Shown: piece by piece, positions 21,973 through 32,884 of the stretch
How positions within the stretch are numbered: the first letter of the stretch is position 1
Layout: every line of letters begins with the position of its first letter
Assembly (NCBI GenBank): GCA_965237905.1
Contig: OZ250172.1
Location: forward strand, 736,001 to 800,000
Direction: 5' to 3'
Source: Nitrospinaceae bacterium
GTDB taxonomy: Bacteria > Nitrospinota > Nitrospinia > Nitrospinales > Nitrospinaceae
DNA: 64,000 nucleotides
The notes under the pieces: generated by a model
The model's input: the letters and a program-made list of their open reading frames with translations, nothing else
The model's database searches: none
What the model was told of the DNA's origin: nothing
Made by a program: the position numbers and the translations under genes

Positions 21973-22461
21973 TCAATATCTTGAAGTATCGAGATCGGTT
22001 ATTTTGATTTCCCAGGATTTCACCTTCCATTTTTTTTCCACGGTAACTGTCAGGAAGGACTCTGACTTGGGTTGGATCACCCAACCATATTTCGTATCTG
22101 ATTCTGTAAAGACCACATCACCCTTCTCGTCAGTTCCAATGAGACTGATTTTAGCATTCTCCCATTTATAGTCCGTCCCATTCTTAACCTTGTAGGTGAT
22201 TGCATCCTTCTTTTTATCATCACTGGTAACCACTTTTACAAGTTCCACCGTAAATTGACTTTGATACTGTGTGTATTTCTGAGGATTAAGATACGAGTCT
22301 CTTAAATCCAAACTACTCCAATACAAAAATCCAAAAAAGGGTATGAGTAAAAGCCAACTAATATTTTGAGGATTCCTATACCACTTCTGAAATGCCCTAC
22401 AATGAGAGCATTTGTAAGCTTCGTCTGGTATTTCCTTTTGGCAGGCTTTACAAGGCTTCAT
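21973..22461 (-). CDS. Hypothetical protein: zinc ribbon, TM and FxLYD-like domain
   Basis: CKACQKEIPDEAYKCSHC; TM; VKNGT...IGTDEKGDVV...IQPKS; clearly AT-rich. Confidence 0.75.
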   Translation of the reverse strand: MKPCKACQKEIPDEAYKCSHCRAFQKWYRNPQNISWLLLIPFFGFLYWSSLDLRDSYLNPQKYTQYQSQFTVELVKVVTSDDKKKDAITYKVKNGTDYKWENAKISLIGTDEKGDVVFTESDTKYGWVIQPKSESFLTVTVEKKWKVKSWEIKITDLDTSRY

Positions 22462-22542
22462 AGTCTCTCCTTTAGCCTAAGATTGCGAATTATCCCTTAT
22501 GCTTCATAGGATAACGTCCATTTCTCAAATGACACCTGAATT

Positions 22543-22920
22543 TTACCGGCAGTTGGATTCGACGATTTCCTGCGGGTTGGCGATGGTTTTGCACAGAAAC
22601 GAGGGTTCGTAGTCCCAGAGCTCTGAGGGTAAAGTTTCGCCCGGTGGCAGGGAATAGACAATCACTTCGTTGTGCAGGGCGTGGGCGGCCTTCTTCGCGG
22701 CGGTTGTATTGATGCGGGCAAAGTTTCGCGGCTGACTCTTCCAACTGATGAAAACCGTATGCTCGTAGAACTTGACCCACGCGACTTCCGGCACGCTATG
22801 CAGATAGGTCAATGTCTCGTCCAATATCTGCCACGGTGGACGCTTGTCCCGCGCTTCTGCGTTGAGTGGTATCCATAGAATCAGCAGTACCGAAAAAACA
22901 AGCAAAACTTTCCGATTCAA
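22543..22920 (-). CDS. Hypothetical exported protein
   Basis: RBS GGAG then TTG 22920; signal peptide ending AEA. Confidence 0.7.
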   Translation of the reverse strand: MNRKVLLVFSVLLILWIPLNAEARDKRPPWQILDETLTYLHSVPEVAWVKFYEHTVFISWKSQPRNFARINTTAAKKAAHALHNEVIVYSLPPGETLPSELWDYEPSFLCKTIANPQEIVESNCR

Positions 22921-22933
22921 ATTTTCTCCTTCT

Positions 22934-23680
22934 TCAAAACTTTTTTTCCTTAATTTCAAAGTACTGTCTTAAAAATTCGGTTAAATTCGCCGTAGCCAGT
23001 TTAGCCTGCTTACCGAGATCGATCATGCCTTTGAGGTCGCCGGGATGGGTGAGAACATGCCAGCTGGCTTTCAGTTTCGACACGTCTCCGTTCTCTGCCA
23101 CCAGATGGGAACAGTCGATCAACTCCTGATCCGCGGTGTCGGTGATGGCCCTCACCGAAATAAAAGGAAGGTTACGCGTTTGTGCCTCCTCTGCCAGAGC
23201 CGAGGTTTCCATATCCACGGCCACCGCGGAATATTTTTCTCTCAGCTCCTTCTTTTCCTGCGGCGTTGCCGCTATGCGGTCGACCGTCAACAGGATTCTC
23301 TGGCGTACTGCCTCTGTTGTATTAAATATTTCCTTATCTAATGAATAGGTTTTCATCTCCTCGGCAGGCCCGGCAGAATCCATCCCAACAACTTTATCGG
23401 CTACCACCAGGTCGCCGACCTCCAGGGAGGGGTCCAGTGCTCCGGCATAGCCGATGGAAATCACTTCCTTCAAATCCCATTTATCGGCAATTTCAACCAG
23501 TGCCCGCCGCGCCCGTTCACGTCCCATGCCGGAACGCACAAGAACGATAGGCACACCCCGCCACTCGCCAACAAAGGCGTTGCCGGTTTGCCAGCTCAGG
23601 GTGTGGGTCATCTGCATCTCTTTTTTGATGCCGGCGATTTCATCCTTAATGGCGCCGATAATGGCGATTCGTGATCCCAT
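22934..23680 (-). CDS. Nucleoside phosphorylase / MTA-SAH nucleosidase family (HpnG-like)
   Basis: IAIIGAIKDE, SGMG, SIGYAGALDP, AVDMETSA, VRAITD. Confidence 0.85.
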   Translation of the reverse strand: MGSRIAIIGAIKDEIAGIKKEMQMTHTLSWQTGNAFVGEWRGVPIVLVRSGMGRERARRALVEIADKWDLKEVISIGYAGALDPSLEVGDLVVADKVVGMDSAGPAEEMKTYSLDKEIFNTTEAVRQRILLTVDRIAATPQEKKELREKYSAVAVDMETSALAEEAQTRNLPFISVRAITDTADQELIDCSHLVAENGDVSKLKASWHVLTHPGDLKGMIDLGKQAKLATANLTEFLRQYFEIKEKKF

Positions 23681-23783
23681 CTTTAAATTGTACCCGTTGT
23701 CGTCTTGTGAAAAAATTTTATTTTAGGCAAAGCCGGGGGCCTGTGCTATCTTTCTCCCTCTTTCACCCCGAACCGAAAGCCCT

Positions 23784-25157
23784 ATGCCCAAGGAAAAACA
23801 GACCATACCCGTCACCATCGGCGATCAGCTGGAGCTTAAGGTGGAGACCCTCGCCTCCAGCGGAGACGGCCTGTGCCGTCACGAGGGATACACGCTGTTC
23901 GTGCCGACGGGACTCCCCGGAGACGTCGTCAAGTGCGAAATCGTGAAGACCACCCCGCGCTTCGGCGTGGCGTGCGCGATCCTCTTCTACCAACAATCGA
24001 AGGACCGGGTGGAAGCGCCCTGCGCGGTATTTCCGGAATGCGGCGGGTGCAAGCTCCAGCATTTGAATTACGACTCACAGATGGCGTTCAAGGCGCAGTC
24101 TGTCACCGACGCGCTGGAGCGCATCGGGAAAATAGAGATTCCCGTGCCCATCGAGACCGTGCCCGCCGAGCATGCCCTACACTACCGCAACAAAGGAAGC
24201 TTCGCGCTGAGCCACCGCAGGGGGAAACCGCGCATCGGTTTCTATAAAGAGGGCACGCACGAAGTGGTGGACTCAAATACCTGCGACACCGTGCTGGAGC
24301 CCATCAACGCCATCAAGGAATGGGTGCGCGGCCTGATGCAACAAAACCGCCTCTCCATCTACCACGAGAAAAATCATAAGGGACTGATGCGCGGACTGGT
24401 GGTGCGCCACTCTCCGGAAACTGGAGAAAGTCTACTCGGCTTCGTGACCACCACCGGGGAATTTCCGCCCAAGTTTACCGAACAACTGTTGAACCGGAAA
24501 AGTCTGATCGACCTCGGTATCGTCGGCGTGGTGCGCAACATCAACAACATAAAAACCAACGTGATCTTCGGCAATAGAACCGAGAAACTGTGGGGACAGG
24601 ATTTCCTGACCGACCGCCTTGGCGATCTGGAATTCCAGCTCTCGCTCACCTCGTTCTTTCAGGTGAACCCGTTTCAAACGGTGAAGCTGTACGACAGTAT
24701 TAAAGAATGGGTTCTTCAGAAACCAGGTCCGGTGGTGGACGCGTATTGCGGCAACGGCGGCATCAGCTTGTGGCTGGCGAAGGCGGGCATTGGCGTGACC
24801 GGGGTGGACGATTCCGCCGCGTCGGTGGCGGATGCCAAAGAAAGCGCGAAGCGCAACAACCTGCCCAACTGCCGGTTCGTACAGGGCACTTTCGAAAGAT
24901 TTCTGGAAGATACCGACGCCATTGATCCGGCGCAAACCCTCATCGTCGACCCGCCGCGCAAGGGTTGTTCCGAGCAGGTGATTAACGCCATTCCAAAACT
25001 GAACGTCGAACGATTGATCTACGTCTCGTGCAATCCCGCCACACTGGCGCGGGATCTGGCGCGGCTGACCGATTACAGCATCAAGGCGATTAAAGTGATC
25101 GACATGTTCCCGCAAACCGCCCATGTCGAAACAGCCGTCCTCCTGGAACGAACTTAG
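23784..25157 (+). CDS. rlmD: 23S rRNA (uracil-5)-methyltransferase RlmD/RumA
   Basis: TRAM domain, CAVFPECGGC, SFFQVN, DAYCGNG, VDPPRKG, YVSCNPATLARD, DMFPQTAHVE. Confidence 0.93.
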   Translation: MPKEKQTIPVTIGDQLELKVETLASSGDGLCRHEGYTLFVPTGLPGDVVKCEIVKTTPRFGVACAILFYQQSKDRVEAPCAVFPECGGCKLQHLNYDSQMAFKAQSVTDALERIGKIEIPVPIETVPAEHALHYRNKGSFALSHRRGKPRIGFYKEGTHEVVDSNTCDTVLEPINAIKEWVRGLMQQNRLSIYHEKNHKGLMRGLVVRHSPETGESLLGFVTTTGEFPPKFTEQLLNRKSLIDLGIVGVVRNINNIKTNVIFGNRTEKLWGQDFLTDRLGDLEFQLSLTSFFQVNPFQTVKLYDSIKEWVLQKPGPVVDAYCGNGGISLWLAKAGIGVTGVDDSAASVADAKESAKRNNLPNCRFVQGTFERFLEDTDAIDPAQTLIVDPPRKGCSEQVINAIPKLNVERLIYVSCNPATLARDLARLTDYSIKAIKVIDMFPQTAHVETAVLLERT

Positions 25158-25171
25158 CCTGAAAAAAATTT

Positions 25172-25345
25172 GACAGGATAACAGGATGAGAATCAAAAAA
25201 AACATAGATCCTTCGCTTCGCTCAGGATGACAAACTGTACCGATTTGTCATTCTGAGGAGCGTTAGCGACGAAGAATCTGTGTTTTGTTTTTATCCTGTT
25301 ATCCTGTCTGCTTAAGGTTTTCTCTGTGGCCTCTGCGTTCTCTGC
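25172..25345. repeat. Composite inverted-repeat element C
   Basis: Arms GACAGGATAACAGGAT and ATCCTGTTATCCTGTC around an inverted REP pair; followed by TTAAGGTTTTCTCTGTG, the reverse complement of the module at 13824-13840. Confidence 0.85.
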
Positions 25346-25364
25346 AGTAAAAAATGAGAGCCGC

Positions 25365-26762
25365 TTAAAACCCGGCATGTTTGGGGGTGCGGGGGAAGGG
25401 AATGACGTCGCGGATGTTTTCGACGCCGGTGGTGAACTGCACCAGACGTTCGAATCCCAAACCAAAACCGGAATGCGGCGCGGAACCGAACCGGCGCAGA
25501 TCGAGATACCACCCGTACTCTTCTGGGTCCAGTTCCTTTTCTTTGATGCGCTTCATCAGCGTATCGTAATCATCCTCACGCTGACTGCCGCCAATGATCT
25601 CGCCCAGCCGAGGCAGAAGCACATCCATCGCGCGCACGGTTTCGCCACCCTCATTGAGCTTCATGTAGAACGGTTTGATGGTCTCCGGATAGTTATAGAT
25701 AATCACCGGTTTCTTGAACACCTTTTCGGCGAGGTAACGTTCGTGTTCGGCCTGCAGGTTGCATCCCCACTCCACCGAATACTCGAACTTTTCGCTGGAT
25801 TTTTCGAGCAGGCGAATCGCCTCGGAATACGGGAGCCGTTCGAAGTCGTGACTCACCACCTGATTCAGCGTTTCGAGTAGATGTTTGTCGACACGTTCAT
25901 TGAAAAATTCGAGATCGCCGGTGCAATGCTCCAGTACATCGTTGAACAAAAACTGGAGAAACTCCTGTGCCAGCTCCATATTGTCATCGAGATCGTAAAA
26001 CGCCATTTCCGGTTCGATCATCCAGAATTCTGCGAGGTGTCTACTGGTATTCGAGTTTTCGGCGCGGAACGTCGGGCCGAAGGTGTAAACCAGCGACAAG
26101 GCCATGGCGTAAATTTCAGCTTCCAGTTGACCGCTCACGGTGAGGCTGGTCTTCTTGCCGAAGAAATCTTCACTGTAATCGATTTTCCCATCGCTCTTCG
26201 GAGGGTTGGTCATATCCAGCGTCGTTACTTGAAACATTTCCCCCGCGCCTTCGCAATCGCTCGTGGTAATAATCGGCGTGTGCAGGTACAGGAATCCGCG
26301 CTCGTTGAAGAAGCGGTGGATGGAATAGGACAAGCGGTTGCGCACGCGCATCACTGCGCCGATGGTGTTGGTGCGGGGCCGCAGGTGGGAAATCTCCCGT
26401 AAGTACTCCAGTGAGTGAAATTTCTTCTGCAGGGGATAGTGTTCCGGATCGGCGGAACCATGCACCTCAATGGACGTCGCCTGCACTTCCACCGACTGGC
26501 CTTTGCCCTGCGATGCCACCAGATTGCCATGAATGGACACGCAACTGCCGGTGGTCAGCGGCTTGTCCCAATCCTTGAAGGAGTCGAGTTTATGATCGGC
26601 GATAATCTGGATATTCTTCAGGCACGACCCATCGTTGGCCTCAATAAACGAAAACCCGCCCTTGGAGTCGCGCCGCGTCCGCACCCATCCCTGCACCAGA
26701 ATGCCGTCGCGCGGTTTGTCCGTCAGCAGGGCTTTCACTGTATCGCGCTTCTTCTTTGCCAT
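25365..26762 (-). CDS. asnS: Asparagine--tRNA ligase
   Basis: [54 protein letters not shown]. Confidence 0.98.
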   Translation of the reverse strand: MAKKKRDTVKALLTDKPRDGILVQGWVRTRRDSKGGFSFIEANDGSCLKNIQIIADHKLDSFKDWDKPLTTGSCVSIHGNLVASQGKGQSVEVQATSIEVHGSADPEHYPLQKKFHSLEYLREISHLRPRTNTIGAVMRVRNRLSYSIHRFFNERGFLYLHTPIITTSDCEGAGEMFQVTTLDMTNPPKSDGKIDYSEDFFGKKTSLTVSGQLEAEIYAMALSLVYTFGPTFRAENSNTSRHLAEFWMIEPEMAFYDLDDNMELAQEFLQFLFNDVLEHCTGDLEFFNERVDKHLLETLNQVVSHDFERLPYSEAIRLLEKSSEKFEYSVEWGCNLQAEHERYLAEKVFKKPVIIYNYPETIKPFYMKLNEGGETVRAMDVLLPRLGEIIGGSQREDDYDTLMKRIKEKELDPEEYGWYLDLRRFGSAPHSGFGLGFERLVQFTTGVENIRDVIPFPRTPKHAGF

Positions 26763-26866
26763 TGGGTAACCGCTCCCTTCGTTGATTGCCGGTGCCTACT
26801 ATAAGCCCTTTTTCGATTGCTTGGAAAGGACAAATTTTGCGGACAGGCCCCCAACCACAACCGCCA

Positions 26867-26895
26867 TTGACAAGACCGGCCTTTTTCGATATTTT
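26867..26895 (+). promoter_or_regulatory. Putative sigma70 promoter of the yggT operon
   Basis: TTGACA-N17-TATTTT. Confidence 0.55.
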
Positions 26896-26977
26896 AAGTC
26901 AGCATCACCGTTCCATTTAGAAAAACTCTTTTAGTTATAAATATTTATGGCCTTCACAGGCCGATAGGAAGCCCAGC

Positions 26978-27280
26978 GTGTCCAGTTATTTGTCGTTATT
27001 TTTACATGCCCTTGCGCAAGTGTTGTATATCGCATTAAATATCTATATGTGGGTTATCATTGCCCGTGCGCTGATATCCTGGGTGAACCCCGATCCCTAC
27101 AATCCGATCGTGCGATTTTTACACAGTATCACGGAGCCGGTTCTTTACCGCGTCCGCAAAGCGGTGCCGATGCATGGGATAGGTCTCGATTTATCGCCCA
27201 TCCTCGTGATATTGACAATTTATTTTCTGCAAATTTTTCTGGTAGGCTCTCTTGAACACGCCTCCATATCTCTGCGTTAA
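26978..27280 (+). CDS. yggT: YggT family membrane protein
   Basis: RALISWVNPDPYNPIVRFL..ITEP, LDLSP. Confidence 0.93.
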   Translation: MSSYLSLFLHALAQVLYIALNIYMWVIIARALISWVNPDPYNPIVRFLHSITEPVLYRVRKAVPMHGIGLDLSPILVILTIYFLQIFLVGSLEHASISLR

Positions 27281-27283
27281 CCT

Positions 27284-27712
27284 ATGAGACTTGATTACGA
27301 CAGCATTCTGAAACAAACCTTTAAAAAGTCCTTGCGTGGCTACAGTAAGGAGGAAGTTCAGGACTTTCTCAAAATTGTGGCGAAGGATTTCAAGGAAATG
27401 AAGCGGGATCTCGCGCGCTTGCGGGAAGAATTGAACCTGAAGGACCGGCAAGTCCGGGAGCTGGATGAGGCACTGTCCTCCGGGAAGACCCGGCAGACGC
27501 CCAACTTTGAAAGCTTTCGCTCGTCTCTTCAGGAAAAGGCGCGGAAGTTTGTGAACCAGGCCCGCGATGAAGCTGACCAGCACAGACGAAAAGTTGAATC
27601 CGAAGTCAACCATCTTCAAGGTGACATCCGCCGCCTGAAAGCGGAGAGACAGCATTTGATCGACAACCTCAAGGCCGCCACCAAGTCCTTCACCAACTCG
27701 CGAAACAAATAG
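27284..27712 (+). CDS. divIVA: DivIVA domain protein
   Basis: ILKQTFKKSLRGYSKEEVQDFL followed by coiled coil; yggT context. Confidence 0.85.
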   Translation: MRLDYDSILKQTFKKSLRGYSKEEVQDFLKIVAKDFKEMKRDLARLREELNLKDRQVRELDEALSSGKTRQTPNFESFRSSLQEKARKFVNQARDEADQHRRKVESEVNHLQGDIRRLKAERQHLIDNLKAATKSFTNSRNK

Positions 27713-27913
27713 AGGCCGACCCTCTGGCGAGGGAGGCAACAGGCTGACCGTTAATGACAATCAATGGGTCTGGGGCGCAACTTAATATTTTAAAGTTCGC
27801 CCCGCGCGAAGCGGCCTGACGGGGAGGGGAAACTTGCTAACCGTTGATGGCTTGCGATGATCTCCACGCGCAATTTAAAAATGGGTCCAGCGTCACGCTG
27901 GTCCGGCGGATTC

Positions 27914-28222
27914 ATGACCCTTGAAATCAAACTCTATAAGGCGGGCATTCAGTTTGCGGCGGCCATTCAGCCGCGGGCGTCGCGCAACCAGATTCTCGGA
28001 ATCCACAACCAGTGCTTGAAAATCAAACTGACTTCGCCACCGGTGGACGGCGCGGCCAACCAGGCATGCATCAAATTTCTGGCGAAAGCATTCGGCATCA
28101 GCCCCTCGCGCGTCTCCATCGTCAAGGGCGAAACCAGCAGGAATAAAACCATCCAGTTCGAAGGAATGGACCCCAAAACTTTTATGAGCATTCTCGCGTC
28201 CCTGATACCCGAAGCGACTTAA
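27914..28222 (+). CDS. DUF167 / YggU family protein
   Basis: QPRASRNQI, PPVDGAAN, GETSRNK. Confidence 0.9.
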   Translation: MTLEIKLYKAGIQFAAAIQPRASRNQILGIHNQCLKIKLTSPPVDGAANQACIKFLAKAFGISPSRVSIVKGETSRNKTIQFEGMDPKTFMSILASLIPEAT

Positions 28223-28236
28223 AATGGTAAAACGCT

Positions 28237-29273
<1,037 letters not shown>

Positions 29274-29277
<4 letters not shown>

Positions 29278-30260
29278 AAGCGATGATCCTGGCGGCGGGA
29301 TTCGGCACGCGCCTCAGACCCCTCACCGACAAGGTTCCGAAACCGATGGTGCCGATCATGAACCGGCCCATCCTGGAACACACGATTCATCTGCTCCGTA
29401 GCCACGGCATCCACGACATCACCGTCAACCTGCACCACCTGCCGGAGATGATCAAAGGATATTTTGGTGACGGCAAAGATTTCGGGGTGCAACTGCACTG
29501 GTCGCACGAACCGGAAATTCTCGGCACGGCGGGCGGCATCAAGAAGGCACAAAAATTTCTGGAGGGCGAAGCGTTTCTGGTGATCAACAGCGACGTGGTG
29601 GTGGATATCGACCTCGACAAGGTCATCTCCTTCCACAAGGCGCAGGGTTCGGCGTTGACACTGGTGGTGCGCGCAGGTGACTCGCCGGAGCAGTGCGATC
29701 CGATTGAAGTCGACGCAAACGATCGCATCGTGCACATGGTCGGCACGTCTTCCATGAACATGCCGGACGACACCACGCGCGTGCTGTTCACCGGCATTCA
29801 GGTGATGGAGCCGGAAATTTTCGACCGCATCCCGGAAAACAAATTTTACGGCACCACCACCGACGTGTTCCCCGGCATGCTGGAGGATGGATTACCGATG
29901 TTCGCGACCTGGCACACCGGCTACTGGAAAGACATCGGCACGATTCAGAGTTACCTGGACGTGCACAAGGATTTGCTGGACGGGCGCATGGAAGGCGGAC
30001 TCCCCATCGAGAACAACCCAGGCGGACAGCCACTAGTATTGATCGGGAAGAACTGTAAGATTGCCGACACCGCCAGCATCGGCCCCTACACCGTGCTCGG
30101 GGACAATTGCACCGTCGGCGACCACGCCGCCATCGAACACTCCATCTGCTGGGAAGGTGTTACATTAGGAAAGAATAGCCACGTCAAGCAATCCGTATTG
30201 GGAAACGGCGTGGCGGTGAAAGATAAAGAAACCCTCGATAAAAAAACTCTAGCCCAATAA
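29274..30260 (+). CDS. NDP-sugar pyrophosphorylase (mannose-1-phosphate guanylyltransferase-like) with LbH tail
   Basis: LAAGFGTRLRPLT..PKP, LGTAGGI, WKDIG, hexapeptide repeats. Confidence 0.9.
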
Positions 30261-30296
30261 AAAACCCCGCCCTGTTGCCAGAGCGGGGTTTTGTTT
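30259..30296. terminator. Bidirectional intrinsic terminator
   Basis: AAAACCCCGC...GCGGGGTTTT between convergent genes. Confidence 0.85.
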
Positions 30297-30310
30297 GCGC
30301 AGAATTAACT

Positions 30311-30988
30311 TTACAGCATTTTGTGGTTGCTGAGGGTCATGGCATTGACCACGACGTTGCCCTCCTGGCAGTCGATGATGCGCCGTTGTTCGGGCAGGTC
30401 GTACTGGTCGACACGCGCGTAATGGTCGGTGTAACTCTCAACGTTTTTCAGCGCGTTGGTTTCCGGGTTGAAATAGAACACCGAATACTTTTTGGTCAGA
30501 AACTTATCCTCGGCATTCTTCACGCTTTCCTCGATGTTGATGGAAAACGAAAAGCGCGGCGTTTTGCGGTTGATCTGCTGGATGCGTCCGTCCTTCACAC
30601 GGTAGAACGAACCCATGCCATCGCCGCCCATGACGATACTGCGTCCCAGGGGATGCGTCCCCTCGTCGCCGAACGTCAGTTTGTATTTGCCGTCGGATTC
30701 GTCGAACGAGCGAGGTCCGCGGTGCATGGCGATTGACGCCAGGTTCTCCGATGCGAATTCCTTCGCCTTTTCATCCTGGAGCGTCAGTTCGATGTCCTTG
30801 GAGTTCTTCACGGTGACAGTCCCGGTTTCTTCCTTGCCGTTGATGTTCACATTGATATCGGCGGTGAATCCCTTGAAGTCGGCATTCCACCGTGCGGTAT
30901 TGCCGAACACTTCGCGCAGGGCTTCACGTGCTTTCGGATCGTCCTCCTGCGTGGTTGCGACGTCCTGTTCCTTGGTATAGGTGGCCAT
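30311..30988 (-). CDS. DUF3386 family protein
   Basis: ARWNADFKGFTA, SIAMHRGPRSFDESDGK, SFYRVKDGRIQQINR. Confidence 0.8.
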   Translation of the reverse strand: MATYTKEQDVATTQEDDPKAREALREVFGNTARWNADFKGFTADINVNINGKEETGTVTVKNSKDIELTLQDEKAKEFASENLASIAMHRGPRSFDESDGKYKLTFGDEGTHPLGRSIVMGGDGMGSFYRVKDGRIQQINRKTPRFSFSINIEESVKNAEDKFLTKKYSVFYFNPETNALKNVESYTDHYARVDQYDLPEQRRIIDCQEGNVVVNAMTLSNHKML

Positions 30989-31110
30989 AAAGCAAGCTCC
31001 TTGATATATGAAAAGGTTGTCTATTGAGAGTCTTAAATCGGCACGGGGCCATGCGGCCAGCCGGCTTTTTCTGGAAGCGGTTATTGTATCACAGAGGGGA
31101 GCGGGTGGTC

Positions 31111-32157
31111 CTACTGCCCGCGGTAATACACGATAATATCGGCTTTTTTCCGGAGGACCTCGATATACCGCCCGACCAGCTTCTGGGCTTCGGTCATAAA
31201 CAGATGTTTTTGAATGGATTCCTCCACCTCCGCGAAGGGCGCATAATCCGACGGCTTGGTTTCCATGAGCTGAACGATGTGGTAGCCGTACTCGGTTTCG
31301 ACGATGCCGCTGGTCTCGCCGACTTTTAAATCGGCCACAGCCTTGTCGAATATGGGGTCGAACACGCCCTTGTACATGAAGTCGAGGTCGCCGCCCTTGC
31401 CGGCGCTTCCCTCGTCCTCCGAATATTGTTTGGCCAGATCTTCGAAACTTCCTCCCGCCTTGACTTTTCCATACACCTCGTCGATTTTCTTTTTGGAAGC
31501 CGCGCGGTATTCATCGGCCTTTCCCTTCATTTCCTCCGGCGGGGTGTTCTGCACGACATCAAAGGGAACGTAGGCGACAAAGATATGGCGCACCCGGAAG
31601 GATTCGGGCCGTTTGAAACTTTCCTTCTTGTCCTCGTAAAACTTTTTGACTTGGGTGTCGGTGATATGGACCTTGCCCTTAACCCGGTCATCGAGCAGGT
31701 TCTTGGCGATGAGGTCGACCTCGATGCCTTTTTTCAATTCATCCTCGGAGATTCCGCGGACCTTTAGAGTCTCCTGAAATTTTTCTTCCGATCCGTAGGA
31801 CTTTTTGAAATCCTGCAGTTCCTTTTCAACCGTTTCCGGAGACACGCCACTCCCCTTGGCCTGGCCCTCCTGGTACATGAGTTCCCGCACAATTTCCTTC
31901 TCGATGATGGCCCCCGCCAGTTTGGCTTTCTGCTGAGCGCTCAGGTTCTGGCCGATGCGGCGCATATCCAGGGTTATCCGGAACCGAATGTAATCGGAGC
32001 GCAGTTCGACGCTGTTGACCTTGGCCACTACTCCGGGAATATTCATGTCCTCGGTGAGGTCCTTGCCGCCCTGAGGTTCCGCCGCCCGAACGGGTGCGTT
32101 CAAGATCAAGCTTGCAAGTAAGACGATTCCAAAAATCCAGCCTGAGGGTTTAAACAT
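31111..32157 (-). CDS. SurA_N plus parvulin peptidyl-prolyl isomerase
   Basis: VVAKVN, VRHIFV, FEDLAKQYSED.GSAGKGGDL, VETEYGYHIV. Confidence 0.92.
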   Translation of the reverse strand: MFKPSGWIFGIVLLASLILNAPVRAAEPQGGKDLTEDMNIPGVVAKVNSVELRSDYIRFRITLDMRRIGQNLSAQQKAKLAGAIIEKEIVRELMYQEGQAKGSGVSPETVEKELQDFKKSYGSEEKFQETLKVRGISEDELKKGIEVDLIAKNLLDDRVKGKVHITDTQVKKFYEDKKESFKRPESFRVRHIFVAYVPFDVVQNTPPEEMKGKADEYRAASKKKIDEVYGKVKAGGSFEDLAKQYSEDEGSAGKGGDLDFMYKGVFDPIFDKAVADLKVGETSGIVETEYGYHIVQLMETKPSDYAPFAEVEESIQKHLFMTEAQKLVGRYIEVLRKKADIIVYYRGQ

Positions 32158-32214
32158 GCGTGTGACTCCAAATATATTGAGAATAGGAACGGCGCGATTT
32201 CCGCCGGTGATTCC

Positions 32215-32619
32215 TTACAGCTTCCACAAATAATCGATCAACGCCTCGATCTCTTCATCCGTCAACACGACCTTCTTACCGATAATCGTGGCCATGAAGC
32301 TTTCCCGTGGTTTGGGTTTGCTTCCCCGGTAACGGAAGTAACGGGTGTTGATATCCTGCACGTTGGCATCATTCGTAGCCCAGACGGCGGCGGGATCCTT
32401 CAACCATTTGCGGACCCAATCCTTGCTGTGCCGGTGCCGCACGCCCTGCAATCCGGGGCACACGGGAGCGAATACCGTTCCGGGATTGTGGATGTTGTGA
32501 CACAACGCACAGTGCTTTTCCTTGAACAGCGCCGCACCCGGATCGGCAAACAGGGGCGAGGGTGCGGCCCATCCTAAAAATAAAAGCAGGGAACATACCA
32601 CTCTTTGCGTCAATTTCAT
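32215..32619 (-). CDS. Periplasmic monoheme cytochrome c
   Basis: Signal peptide, CALCH, WLKDP, distal Met (ESFM), LTDEEIEALIDYL. Confidence 0.9.
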   Translation of the reverse strand: MKLTQRVVCSLLLFLGWAAPSPLFADPGAALFKEKHCALCHNIHNPGTVFAPVCPGLQGVRHRHSKDWVRKWLKDPAAVWATNDANVQDINTRYFRYRGSKPKPRESFMATIIGKKVVLTDEEIEALIDYLWKL

Positions 32620-32884
32620 AGTGGAAAATTAATCTCCTGCCCGGAGAGGGAATTGGCTGACGCTCAACTGCAACCGATGATCCTGGGGCGCAAGCGGAGA
32701 ATCTCCCCCGAACTTTTGCTAACCGTTAACGGCGACCCATACCCTTGGAGGCAATTCATGGTTGTAAAGGCATTGCGAAAGTGCGTCAAGGCTACCATCG
32801 TTTCAATCGGGTTGCAACCGGGCCAAGTTGACTCCCCTTCCGGCATGTGTGACAATCCCGGAAACCTTTTGCCGATTCTTCCCA

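Noticed and set aside
27713..27913. RNase P RNA after divIVA, by analogy with gpsB-rnpB synteny
   Set aside because: Too short and lacks GAGGAAAGTCC; kept only as a generic structured-RNA candidate
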